From the human T2T-CHM13v2.0 reference genome, Homo sapiens: 64,000 bases of DNA. The first letter of the stretch is position 1; each line of letters starts with the position of its first letter. This document shows positions 24,467 to 37,660 of this stretch, piece by piece. Position numbers and translations under genes: made by a program. The notes beneath the pieces were generated by a model. That model ran no database searches. It was given only the letters and a program-made list of their open reading frames with translations, and had not been told where the DNA came from. Location of the stretch: assembly GCF_009914755.1 (NCBI RefSeq), contig NC_060926.1. One strand, 5' to 3'.

Positions 24467-24635
24467 GTGTGTGTGCATATGTATGTGTGAGCACATGTGC
24501 ATATGAGCATGTGTACGTGTGTGTGCCTATGCATGTGTGCTTGTGTGTGCATATGAACATGTGTACTTGTGTGCATGTGTGTGCGTGTGTGTGCATGTGA
24601 GCATTGTACACGTGTGTGTGCATAGCGTGTGCACA
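24467..24635. repeat. Degenerate (TG)n tract
   Basis: Alternating purine-pyrimidine sequence. Confidence 0.85.
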
Positions 24636-25905
24636 TAGGGAGCTTCCCTCAGCACCCCAGGCACCCGTCCACCCCCAGCTCTCCCCCTGTTTCTGCTCCA
24701 TCAGCATGGTCAGTGCCTCTTCTTGCTGCAGCTCTGGGCACCACTGAGCCCCCTCATTGCTTGGTGAGCCTTGGAGAAGGGGAGGGACGTGCAGGGGTTG
24801 TTGCCAAGGGTGTGTCGGAGGAAGGGTGGATGATGACTGTGAGCTGGAGGACTGGTAGTTGGGACCTAGCTGGGGAAGGCCCAAAAGCCAGGATAAGGGA
24901 ACTGGACATCTCCCTGCCTAGGGGACCACTTCATCAAACACTGACTAGTGGGCCAGCTGCCCATCCCGAATGTGGATAGGCCTCAGGGGACCATGAGCCA
25001 GTGAAGCACCCAGAGAATCCTCCCCCAGCTGGAGCCTGCAGTGTGCAGAGACCAGTGGGGGTGCCAGGCCCATGCCTCGGGAGAGGGGCCAGCCTTTGCA
25101 GCAGCAGCAGAGCCCTGTCGCTGGGCTCTGTGTGGACGGGCATGGCCAGGGCTGGTGTCCGGCGCTGCTCTCTGATCTCGTCTGCTTTCCAGGACTGGCT
25201 CTCTGTGCTTCCCTGCAGGCTGTGACTGGCCCGGGCTCCCTGCTGCCAATTCTTCCAGTTCAAATCAACCTGGGTCAGTCTCTGGCTCTTGCACCTGACA
25301 GTCCAACTAGCACAGGGGCTGTCTTCCAGGGCTGCCTCTGTAGAAGCTGCTTGACGGCCCCGTCCATCTGTTATTTACTTTGAACAACCAAATACTTTTC
25401 AGGACCGTGCAAAGGTAGCACACACGAGACCCTGTGACCTGGGAAGGGTATGGACAACCCACCCCCTGAGTGGCCCTCTTTACTGGCCAAGGAACCCAAC
25501 TGCTCAGAACACATATGCATGTGGGGGTGGTGCCACTGCCACAGCTAGAGGTCAGGCAGTGCGTCACAGACAAAATGAGGGCCATTGGTGGGCTGTGGTC
25601 CAATGGGCCAGACCACACCTGTCCCCCTGCCACCCCGAGCAGGAGAGGACAGCACAAAGGCAGCAAACTAGACCCAGCAGGTGCACAGAGGTGTGGCCAG
25701 CGGCAGCCTGCGGTGCACCTCCCTCCTCTGTGCCTCATGGGCCAGCTGCCAGCATGGGAACTGAGCATGGTGGGCAGTTTGGATGTCAGGATTGGGGGGC
25801 CTGAAATACGTTGTAGGAGAGCAAATCCTGCTGCCCTGGGGCCTCCACCATGACCCCAGGAGGTTGTTTTCTGATCCACACCGACTCAGGCACATGGCCC
25901 ACTGC

Positions 25906-26200
<295 letters not shown>

Positions 26201-26831
26201 GATCCACTGCCTCTTAATGACCACCCATGACTCACTCCTCCCAAGACTCTCCTGCCCATAGCTGGAGCTGTTTCTTCAGATCCCTGCCAGCCTCAGTGGT
26301 CGGTTCCACCAGTGCAGCCCTCCTGGGGTCACCACCCAGCCTTTCATTCATTCTCAGCTTGCCTCAGCATGAAAACTCAGGCAGAGCAGGGGCCCTGCTG
26401 GGGGAGTGAGGGAGCCAGACGTGGCTGTGTGACCCTGTACAGATCCACTTGCCTCTCTGGTTTTCAGGCAGATGAGGGATTGGGATCGTGATTTCTAAGG
26501 GGCTGTCCAGCTCCGACAACCTGGCCTGTGCCAAGGTGGAGAATCCAATGAGTAAGTCTGGGATCACTGCTGACATCCCCTCTCTGCACCCCTGTCTGCC
26601 CCTCTTCCAGGGGTCCCATCTTACACCATAGCCAGGGTGTAGAGTGAAAGGAACCTCCCCAGGTCTGGCAGGAATGGCCAGGACAAGGGGCACTAGGCAT
26701 GCAGCCCCGGAAGGTGAGCCCTCTGTTGTGTTCAGGCTGGCCTCATCTAGGATATCAGGGCAGCTCGGGACCATCCAGGGGTCCCCCCTCTGAGCAGGGG
26801 CTCAGGGCTGCTCTGCCTGTTCCTACTGCAG

Positions 26832-26997
26832 GAAGTGACAAAGGCGTCGGACGGCAGCCTCCTGGGGGACCTCGGGCACACACCACTTAGCAAGAAGGAG
26901 GGTATCAAGTGGCAGAGGCCGAGGCTCAGCCGCCAGGCTTTGATGAGATGCTGCCTGGTCAAGTGGATCCTGTCCAGCACAGCCCCACAGGGCTCAG
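26832..26997 (+). CDS. KCNIP3: KCNIP3 exon 2 (166 nt): EVTKASDGSLLGDLGHTPLSKKEGIKWQRPRLSRQALMRCCLVKWILSSTAPQGS, includes Cys45/Cys46 (palmitoylation sites in KChIP3)
   Basis: cctgttcctactgcag acceptor, CAG|gtaggg donor (phase 1); peptide recognised. Confidence 0.97.
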
Positions 26998-29900
26998 GTA
27001 GGGGCCAGGGTGGGCTGTGGTCAAGGGTGGGGGTGGGGAGATCTGTTCTGAGCACTGTCCTTTCTGAGGGCTCAAAGGCCAGCCTGGGACCCCAGCCTGG
27101 GCTACATCGCCCCTGTCTCTATTGGAGGTGTGTTTTCATTCATTCACACCCTTCCCCATTCATTGAGTGCCTGCTTCACACAGGCCACTGAGCTCCCAGT
27201 GGGACCCACAGAGCATGGGTACAGAGAGCTGGGACCACACTGCGGTTTTCCAGTTGGCTAGGAAGACAGAGCCAGGCTGCAGAGTCCAACAAACCAGGCT
27301 CCACCCTGCCCACTGCTCACGCCCTGAGTAAGCCGGGGCACCTCATTGATCCTTTCTAAGCCTTCCGTGAGAAGCCAGGCTGGAACCTGTCCACAGGGCA
27401 CATTTGAAGATGGGAAATAATGTGTGCAGTGCCTGGTGATCAGGAGGCCCCACCCTCAGCCCCTCCTTGGTCCTGTTCAGTGCACCCCAAGGATTGGTGC
27501 TGGCTCTTTGCCTTGGGCTGCATTCTGGTGGTGTGTTAACGAGAGAACGGGCAGAAATCACTGCCCTGGGCTTGCCATGGGTGATATTTGGTGTTTGCCG
27601 AGTATAACAGGGCTGAACAGACAATGGCAGCCTCATGCGGCCCCCACGATCTCACACACACATTCAGACACCTCACACTCACACCTATGCACACACACCG
27701 GTGCCTCTACCACACACAAGCTTGCACACTCATCATGCACACATAGGTAGGCATACCATACACACTTGCATACTCACATACACACACCACATGCAGGCAC
27801 CCACACACCATGCACACTCATGGGATCACACATGTGAGTATGGTGCGTATAAGAGTCTGCCTCTGACTTTAAGGAAAAGGTGCAGACTTGCCCTTGACAG
27901 CTGCATCTTGTTTGCTCTCTTGGACCCTCTCTAGCTGTGTGATTTCCAGGGAGCGTTTGTCCCCTGGCCAGGAGAATGGGCATGATCGGGGTCCCAGCCT
28001 CCTAGGCTTGATGGGGGTCATGAGTGGAGGGGATCAACTGAGGGGTCTGGGCAAACAGCAGGCACAGTGGCTGACAGCCACAGCCAGAGGTCCATGCCTG
28101 TGCACAAAGGGACTGGCTGCTACGCACCAGATCCCCGTCCTTTACCCACAAATGCCACTCCAGGGTGCTCCCAGCACGATTCCAGCCCCCTCCCTTTTGC
28201 CACCACCACCTCTGCTTCCCCACAGAGCCCCTACCCATCTGTGATGCTGTCACCTTGGCTGAGACTTGTCCCCAACCCCTTCCCATGGAAGCGCTAGCAC
28301 CTGTGAATGCATGAGTGAGTTCCACATGCACCCCCAACTTCTCGGGGATGGGGGTGGCAGGTTTTGCAGGTAGCAGAAACATGATGAGGTCACTAAAAGC
28401 ACATGCACATAGCTCGACCGGGAAGGACCGCCTTCAGGGCACTGTTCATTCTGCATCAGAATGAAAATGCGCCTGCTCTCCCTTAGGGTGGGGGCGAGAG
28501 CACGGTGGCCATCGCATGTGCTGGCGGCTCAGGTCCACTCTGACGGGCACAGCTTCAGGTCGCTCGAGACTCAGATTTCCTCCACTTCAGTCTTCCAGGG
28601 TTTTCTTGGTGGCAACAAGTATTTAAGGGGTGCTGCAGTGGTACCCTCCCTCCATCCCTCAGGTCCTGCAGATGCTCAGCCTCATCCTCCCGTCTCTCTC
28701 TGGCAGGCAGAGGTGGCTCAGGACGGGTGGGGCTGGTGTGCATCCTTTGCCGAAGCTTTCTGCACACCCGTGACAGCAGCAGCTATGCTGAGTGGGGTGG
28801 ACGGGGAGAAAGGTGACAGAGGGGCCGGCATGGCGTGTTCAAGTCAGGGCGGGGGGGACCACCCCTGCACGGCCCACCCCTGCATGCCCCATCCCACCTC
28901 ACGGAAGCTTCCTAGAGGGCAGGGCCTTTCCACACCCAGCTGTCAGGACACGTTTGCTGAACAACTTGTCAAAGGCGCACAGGAGACAGGGCCAGGGCTG
29001 GGCCAGGGCACCAGCGATGGGTTTGTTCCCCTGCATGGATGTGTTTACCGGACCTTGTGCCGGCACTGGGAGCAGATGTGAACGACACATCCAAGAGCCT
29101 ATTTGATTGTGCAAGGAAGGCAGTGTGGAGCTCATCACCCTGATTTACCAGAGCGTCCATGGCAGCTCAGAGAGGTCACGTGACTCAGCAGATGGCACAA
29201 GAAGCGGGGGTTGGGGTGGGGGAGGCTCGGGCCCAGAGCTCCACGGTGCCCACCCTGACGAGCGTCTTTGGTGGGAGCTGAGGGACGAGGGAGCCCAGGG
29301 ACCTCACGGACAGAGGAGCCGGGACTCCAATGTGCCCTTTGTCTCCCTTGGCCATAGCTCCCGGGTCTCCTCTCTTCAGTCCAAACACGTCCCGTGTGTG
29401 TCCCGCAAGGAGGCCGGGCTGGTGTGGTCACACTGAGGGCTTTGTGCACGTGTGAAGTGCTGCGCGGTGTGCAGATGAGGCATCCCCCCTCTTTGGGAGC
29501 TGGCACAGGCTCTGGGTGCAAAGAACAATGGGGCCCATTCAGTGCAGCCCCACTGTGTGCTCTGCGAGGCCCAGCACGGTGTCCTGAGCCTTGGGGTCCT
29601 GTGGGAGGGGGGCGGCCCAGACACTGTGCCCTTGTACTGGGGTTTTTCCATTCAGCAGAAGTGGGGCCAGAGACACATGTCGGGAACAGCTGGGAGTGAA
29701 AGCCAAGGCCCAGCCTGGGAGTCCTGGAGGCTTGGGTGAGGTAGAACGTCGGCAAGGAGTGGACAGGACCCAGGGTCCTGGAGACAGTGGGCAAGGGCTA
29801 GAGCATCTGTGGCTGGGCCCTGGGTGGCCAATTCTGGGTGTGAAGACCCCAGGATGGAGTCAGGAGGTGGCCAGCAGTGGGGCCTCTAAGAGGGGAGCCC

Positions 29901-30392
29901 AGGAGACTCAGAGCACAGGCAGCCTGGCCCCACCCTACCCAGGAGAGGCGCCCCATCCTCAGCCTAGAAGCTCCTTGGACCCTCTTCCATGACCCGGAAG
30001 CTGGGACTCTGGCCTGCCCTGCATGCCTCCCCTGCATCTAAAGCCTCTCCCTGCAGGATGCCTCTCCAGAGGCATGGCCAGTGCCACAACTGGACAGACC
30101 TGTTTCTCAAGTTTGATGCCCACAAGGGCTGTGGGACTTGGGTTTCTTCAACTGGAATAATAATGTCACCCACAAATAACCTGGGGTCCCAGCTGCAGAC
30201 AACCGAAACAGGGTGGGCTCCAGGCCTCAGGAAGTTCACAGAAACTCCGGAGGACCAGAGAACGAGGTCTGAATGGGACGAAGCCAGGGCCCCACCTAGC
30301 GCCTTGGGAGATGCCTGGCATCCTGGACCACTCTGGCAGGAACGCTCTAGCAGCTGCTGCACGCTTCTGTGTGACACGGTGCAGCCATTCCT

Positions 30393-30500
30393 CACACACA
30401 CACACACACATACACACACACACACATACACACACAAGCACACACACATACACACACACATGAGCACACACACACGCATACTTACACACACGCATGCACA
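30393..30500. repeat. (CA)n microsatellite, interrupted
   Basis: Direct inspection. Confidence 0.9.
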
Positions 30501-31722
30501 TGCCCCTCCCCCAGAGAGAAGACCCACATCCTCCTCAGTCGCCGATGCATCCCAGGGAGATGCTCATTCTCCCCGGGGTGCCATGGCAACCCCACGTAAA
30601 ATCATAAAGACACCACCACCAGTGCTCCTGGGAAAGAGGGGTAGCAGAAAGGCATCGGAACAAAAGGTGAGTTAACTCGTCTCTAATACGTAAAGATCTA
30701 TAAACAGAATTTTCGCGTATTTGAAGATACAGGATACAATTGACATCATGAAGCATCAAGATACATGATATCAAAGTGAGATGTCAGATCAGTGCAAATT
30801 TTCAAGGATTTCTGAGAATTAACCCCTTTCCATGGGGTTGTAGTATGACATCTGTGGCCATCTTTAATCCACCACAAAGATGGATTAAAGATGGATTAAA
30901 GCCACAAAGATGTGGCTGAGTCCTTGGTGGAGTGATCCAAACCCCCATTCCTGAGGGATCTGAGTCCTGGGTGGTCCTGCCTCATTGGGGTTGCTAGAAG
31001 CCCCCACTGACTTTCATCACTGTAACTGGCAGTGTTGCTAGGCTCCCTGGAGAATTCACTGGATTTGAAGCAGAGTCCTCCCTGCTCCCCTCGATAATAG
31101 GGTCATTCACTGGCCGATGGCCCTTGATGCCAGTTGGTCTGAGTGGTGTGAGGGGCCCAGCATGGCCAGGCGGCCGTCCCAGCTTCCAGTTTAGCAGAAC
31201 CCCTGCTGCCTCCTGCTGGGGACCCATTCTCCCATGGGAATTTAAAGCCTCTAATCCAGAGCCTGGAGTATTGGTGAGGAGCAGCAGAGGTGCGGTGAGC
31301 AGGCACTGGATGAGGGAGGGGCCTTTGCGTGTTTTCCCGGGCTCCGGGCTTGTTCTTCTGGCTGGGGGAGAGGCAGCACATCCAGCAGTGTCACTGGCAC
31401 CCGACAGGGCAGCCCTGGAACCCGCAACGGCTGCCAGAACCAGTCTTCAGCGGGTCTCATCACTGTTCTGTGAGGCCAGCTGCCTCTGGGGGTGGGCACA
31501 GGACGGGGACGGGAGCCTGTGAGCCCTGGTCTTTGGTCACACCGCTCTATTCCGTGGTGAAATGAGTCTGTTGCTTGGGATCTATGGCGTGGAGGCACCG
31601 TGATGGGGGAGGTGCTGGCAGCACCAGGGCAGGCCAGAGGGAAGGTCACACCCAGAGTGACCATCACTCCCATGAGGATAATGGGAGCCCCAGAGTGATG
31701 GCAGGGATGCAGAGTGGCTGAC

Positions 31723-31752
31723 CTGCCACCTGGTGGCTGGCTGGGCACTGAA
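31723..31752 (-). promoter_or_regulatory. Candidate CTCF site with upstream motif
   Basis: Minus strand reads TTCAGTGCCC-agcca-GCCACCAGGTGGCAG. Confidence 0.7.
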
Positions 31753-32859
31753 CTGCAGCTGCAGCCTGATCGGCCCAGGGAGAAGTTCTTTTATTGAATC
31801 TACGGTGTTTCGTTCTCAAGCAAATGCCAGAGGAGCCAGGAACAGAGGCTGTGAGGTGCACAGAGGGGACCACTGGCCCACCTGATCGTCCAGTGCCTCC
31901 TCGGCCCCAGCGCCCCTTGGAGGGCACTTGTGAAGCACTTGCTGTCCCACACTCCGGGTGGTTCCTCCCCAGGCCTCCCAGCCCTTACTCCCCCGATCCT
32001 GCCCCTCCACCTCCCTGACCCCTGAACTAATGGTTAACAGCCATCCATGAATCAGTGTAAACCTGTGCCTTCGGCCCTCTCTTCTTCAGACAATGTGGGC
32101 AACACATGTACCAGGAAGATGTCCCTTCTCCACGTCCTTCCCCTAGGTGGGCCTCAGTGTCACCTAGAGTTGGGGCCAACATTTCTTGCAGCTCTGTCTA
32201 TAAGTCACCTCCGAAAGTTTTTCCTCCTCAGACGGCTTCGAGACCGTAGGGGGCGGGTGGGCTGTGGGGAAAGCGGCAATGCAGCAGGTACTGTGGGAGT
32301 CGCAGCCCCCGCAGGTACAGCCTCCCTGCGCCCTCCAGACCTGCCCTGCCTCGGGCCCCATCCACAGCACCTGGGCATGACGACAGAGCACTGTGTGCAC
32401 ATGCAGATACCAGTGGGGCTGGGCGAGAGGTTGATACTCGATTGCTGTTGGGTGTTTCGGGGCTCATGGCCACCTACTCTGTCTCTCTGTCTCTGTCTCT
32501 CTCACCATCAGGCGCTCCACCCCCACAGCAGCCCAGCAGTGGGAAGTTAGCTGAATGCCAACAGGAGAGATTTTTGGCATTGCTCAAAACCCAAGAGACC
32601 ACAGATTTCCCCTCTGGGGGCCTGCCATGGCCCCGTAGAGCATTCCAACTTGCCTTAGACTCATCGTGTGTCATTGAATGTTCTGGGTCATTAGGCCCAA
32701 GGGGCAGCACTGCTTGTACTTGGCCTGCACCTGCGGAACAGCCTCTGAGCCGCACATTTAACTGTGGTGCACAGGAGGCCCGCCGGGCACCGCACCTTCC
32801 TTTACTGGCAGGGGTGCGAGGCGCAGCAGCTCGTCTTTCCCTCTGCAAGGGATCCCTTG

Positions 32860-33280
32860 GCTTGCCTGAACTTGCATATAACAGAAACCCCAAATAACAG
32901 TGGCTTGATCAAGACAGGTGCATCGGCTCCTATATGGGAAACATGGGGTGAGGCGGTGGCTGGCACTAGTTTGGCAGCTGGGGGACGTCAGTGTCAATGT
33001 CTTGGGTTCTTCTACCGTTCCCCTCACTGTGGCAATGTGGTTGCTTTGCAGCCCACACAGCCTCATTTCAGGCAACAGGAAGGAGAACCCAGGTGGAAGC
33101 GGAGAGTGGTGGTCCCCATGTCAGGAAGGCAGCACTCACAGAAGTCTCTGGAAGACAGATGCTTCCATTCCACTGGCCAGAGATAAGCTGCCCTCACTGC
33201 GAGGAAGGCAGGGGAATGGTGGAGTTTTCAGCTGGGCGCATTTCCATCTCCAACAGCATCTGAACCCTGCTGGTGAAACT
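32860..33280 (-). mobile_element. MLT1-type LTR fragment
   Basis: gcatataacagaaaccccaaataacagtggcttg signature. Confidence 0.55.
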
Positions 33281-36200
33281 CAGGAAGAATGAATACAGAA
33301 CTGGCATTCTCAGCCACATGTGGCTTGCAGGGTTGTTTTGATGACTGAAGGCACTCACTGGCACCCAGAAAGACCTTAGCAAGCTGCCTGGCTGTTATCG
33401 CCTTTATTTATTGCTAAGTGCTCAAAAATGTGGAGGGCAGGGGGTTGGTCAGCTCCAGTCATGAATTTGGCTCTCCCTTCTGCTCCTCAGCAGAGGAACC
33501 GCTTCCCACTTCCCCTTCTGCATTTTAGAGAGGCACAGCAGGGCTGAGGGATGAGGCCAGTGGATAGAGGTCAGAGGTCAAGAGACAGCCTAAGGCTAGG
33601 GCCCTACCTATGCCCCCGTCCTACTCAGGGCCCCTGGCCCTGAGCCTCCTAGGCAGGGGACTGTGTGAGAGCAGGCTGTTCCCTGTCTGGCTGCAGAGAA
33701 GCCCTGGGGCCCGGGTGAGGCCCCTCTGCAGTGAGATCACACCCTCAGCTGATAATCACACCAGTGTCACCTCCTCTGTTGGTGCTGGGAGCTCAGGAGT
33801 GACGCCCACCCCATCCCCACGCCTCCCAGCCCAGGAAGCCGCAGGGGCCCTTCTGCCTCCAGGAACAGTGAGCTCCGGGGGCCTGGAGGCTGAGGCCAGG
33901 CACCAGGTGAAGGGGCCAGCCCTGTGGCAGGGGCAGGGGCTACCTGAGAAGGCAAACCCAAGGCAGGAGGACTGAGTGCACTCTGGCTGCCCCGGGGCTC
34001 TGGGCTGAGGGGCAGGCAGTCCCCGGAAAGGCTGGGAGAGCCAGAAGCAGGGACAGAAAGCAGAGGAGAGAAGGACAGGCCCAGAGCGCCCAAGACACTG
34101 GGGACAAGCTGAGACCAAGAGGAGAGACGCTGCTTTTGAGAGACAGAGACAGACAGACAGACCAGGAGTGGGGAGTCCTAGAAAAAGAAAGGTGTTGAGT
34201 GTCAGGCTGAGGAGAGGCTGGCAGAGGAGGTCAGGGAGCAGGCTTGTGGGGGTACCGCCTGCACAGTGGCAGGCAGGGCAGAGCTGAGGGCAGGAGTCGG
34301 GCGGATTAAGCCAGGCCCAAGGATGGCAGGGTGCGGCCCTGGCCCGAGGCTGCAGGAGTGCCAGCATGGCTGTGGGAAGCACCTGGGAGGCATCATCAGC
34401 GTCTTCTTCCGCTTCATCTCTGGGAACCTGGCTGGAGGTGAGGGTTGCTTTGGTGGGGCTGGGATGGGGCTACAGAAGGGACAGCTTTGGGCCGGGTCAA
34501 GGATTGGGCCTGCCTTATCTGGGGTAGGGGTGACAGGGGGCAGGGGTGGGCAGTGGCCCTGGGAGCAGGACCAGGAAGGACTGCAGTCTTTGCAGCCCAC
34601 CCCTCCCCACTGTGACCTGGGGACAGTGAATGCCAAGCCTGGGATCCCCCACTCATGGGCCCAGGGAGGGAGAGCAGATGGGGAGCCGCTGGCTTCTCCA
34701 TGGGGTACACAGACTCAGGACAAGCCTGGGCTGGGAGAGAGTGGGGTGGCTCTCAGGCCAGTCCTCCTCCTGTGCACACTGACTCGACCGCCCAGGCCCT
34801 CCCCATCTCCTTCCCTCACTGGAAACCCTCTCCTCTTCCATCAAAGGCAGAAGTGGTGTCTGTGATGAGGATTAACAAAAATGGGCAGGTGTGTATTAAG
34901 ACCTCTATACAGAAAGTGCTCAGTTAATGACAGCCACCTCCCAAAACCTATGAAACCTAAGCAACCTGGAGGCCTTGGCAGGGATGTAGGGGACTCCCTG
35001 AGTCGGTACTTGTGGGCCCAGGCCTGTGGGGAACCGGGAGGTGGGTGATCCACAGCCAGCCAGTTCCACTCCAGGCTCTCCCTCCTCTGCCTGCACCCGG
35101 GGCTGAGCAGGACCAAGACCAAGTCTCGGCCACGGGGCTACGAAGCAGGCACAGGGGTGGTGCCCTGCATGGGGGGACCTGGCATTTGCTGGGAAGGGTT
35201 GATATCAGGAGCTTCAGACCCTGAAAGGAGTGAGCATCAGCAGCTTGGAGTGCTGAGCAAGTGCTGTGGGGACGCGGAGGAGAGTAGGCTAAAGAAGTCA
35301 AGTGATTTCCAAAGAGAGATAAAATGATGTCCCTAAAACAAAGATGAGCTGGTGTAGACATGTGACATGTACATCCCAGGACCTGGTGCCACAAGCTGCC
35401 TATGCTGCCAGAAGATGCTGCCCCCATGCTGAGAGGTCACCTGCAGCCGCCGGCAGGGCTGGGCTGCCACAGCATCTCCAGGGACCAGGGGCTCATCCCC
35501 CAATCTTGTCCCTGCCCTGTCCTGAGTGCCTTGCACAGAGCCTGGCACATAAAATACCTGTCAAATTCATGCATGACATTTTGAGAAGCATGCAAATGTA
35601 AGATTGAGCATACACTCACGCATCCCCAAACAAGTAGAATAACAGGGGCTTGGAGAGTGGTAGAGCAGCACAGAGTCTGCAGGAGGAAGGCGGACCCTGC
35701 TGTGCGGAGGCTGGTGGAGCCGGGGGCTCAGTCTAGCCCCAGGTGGCAAGTTTGGTGGCTCTGAGTGGGGACTCGGAGAGCCCAGGGTTCCTGGGCCTTC
35801 CAGTTTTTCAAAAGAGAGGGGAATGCTGTGGCTACATGTGCTGTCCCTTAGCGGTGCCTTAGGCTCCCAAGCCTTCCCTTCCTCAGGAAGTTATTTTGGG
35901 GAAGGAGAGAACTTTGAAGACAGTGGACCCTGGGCCGCTTCTCTGTGAGGTGAGACACTGGTGGGCCAGGCCCAGGGGGAGAGGAATGTACCTGAGGTCA
36001 CTGAGCTGCTGGGCATGACCCTCCAAGCTGGGTGCTCCTCCTTGCTCCTCCTGGCTAGTGACCCCAAGCATCCCTCCTGCCCGCCCTTGGCCTGGCTCCT
36101 TATCTTCCCTGGAGGGGCTAGAGCGATAGTGCCTCCTCCGCTGGGTGGCCCAGAGGGCCAGTTTATTGCCATGATGTTGCCATAAGCAAGAGTCCGTATC

Positions 36201-37333
36201 GTCTGGAGCTCCGGGCGCCTGTGTCATGCCTTTTACCTGCCTCACAGGCTCTTGGGCTCATGGTGCTCCCTCTCTCTCCCTCCGCTGCGCCGTCTGTCTC
36301 AGTCCATGTTCCTTGCCTTCCTTAGGGAGAGTGAGACATAAGCCTCGTATTGGATTAGGAGGCCAGGAGGGCTGCTCCCAAGGTGGCCGTTGAGCCCCAT
36401 CTCAGAACAAGGGAGGGAGGGCAAGAGCGGCAGGTTTGCCTCTGCCCGGGGCCCCAGGTGCCTCTCCTGGCACCGAGGGCTGGGGCTTGCTGGTCCACCT
36501 CTGAGTTCCTCCCAGCTCTGGCGATGCCGGTTCTGGGATTCTCAGCCAGCCAGGGAGGTGCTCTCTGGGAGCAGGGGTGAGGAGGCTAGAGCTGGCTGGG
36601 TGTGGACCCGGAGGCGCGGCTGAGAATGAGGTGGGTGCTGCTGAAAACACCACTGCCTGCTGCCAAGGTATGGAACCACACGGAGGGAGCCTGAGGCGCT
36701 GTGGCCTCTGACCCTCAGTCCACTCGGTGTGGCTGCTCTTCCCTGCCATTTGCATTAAATTTTCTGCAGATCCTGTGGTCACCTTTCAGGTGTCAGCAAG
36801 TACTCAGGGAATCCTTTCCAGCCCGGCACCCCTTCTTTGCTTCAGGACTCCCTCCTGCCACTCACGGCAGCCTGGAGGGGTCGGGGAGGAGGAGGCAGGG
36901 TGTGGTGGGGTGTGGGCGGGTCCCGGGTCTCTATGCCCTTCCCAGACCTGCCCAAGGCCGCCACCCCTCAGCAGCCCCTGCCACCCCTCGGCCTGTCTCC
37001 CAGGTGCTGAGCCTGCCCCTCTCCCGTGGTCTTTCTTGTGGGGAGGATGGGACTTTGAAGATGGATTCCCTGGGAGCATCCCCTCCGGCTCCATGAAGGC
37101 CTCTGGGTGGGTGTCCAGTTCACTGTCCTCACCCTGGCGGCCACTGGCCAGTGTAGCCACAGTCACCACCCGACCTCCTCCAGGAGTACGTCAGACCCAA
37201 CTGGCCCTGCATCCCCCAAACTCCAGGGGACACATTCAGATCACCATGGCCTTCTCAGAAGTCCCTGAATTGGAGGGAGGATGGACTGAAGCTCCCCAGG
37301 GTGGGAGAAGGAGGGAAAATGCTCAGCACTCCA

Positions 37334-37660
37334 CCCAGCCTTCCCTAGGCCCTCTCCTCCCCGCCCCCCTCGGCCCCACCCAGCCTCTCCTCCCTGCCCC
37401 CCCAGCCTTCCCTAGGCCCTCTCCTCCCCACCCCTCCCCAGCCTCTCCTCCCTGGCATCCCCAGCCTTTCCTAGGCCCTCTCCTCCCTGACCCCCAGCCT
37501 CTCCTCCCCACACCCCCAGCCTCTCCTCCCCACACCCCAAGCCTCTCCTCCCTGGCCCTGCCCCCCGAGCCTTCCCTAGGCCCTCCCCTCCCCAGTCCCC
37601 CAAGCCTAGGGAAGTCTAGGCCCTTTCCTCCCCGGCACCCCCAGCCTTCCCTACGCCACC
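37334..37660. repeat. C-rich composite minisatellite (cccagccttccctaggccctctcctccc and cccagcctctcctccc units)
   Basis: About 11 related units. Confidence 0.85.
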
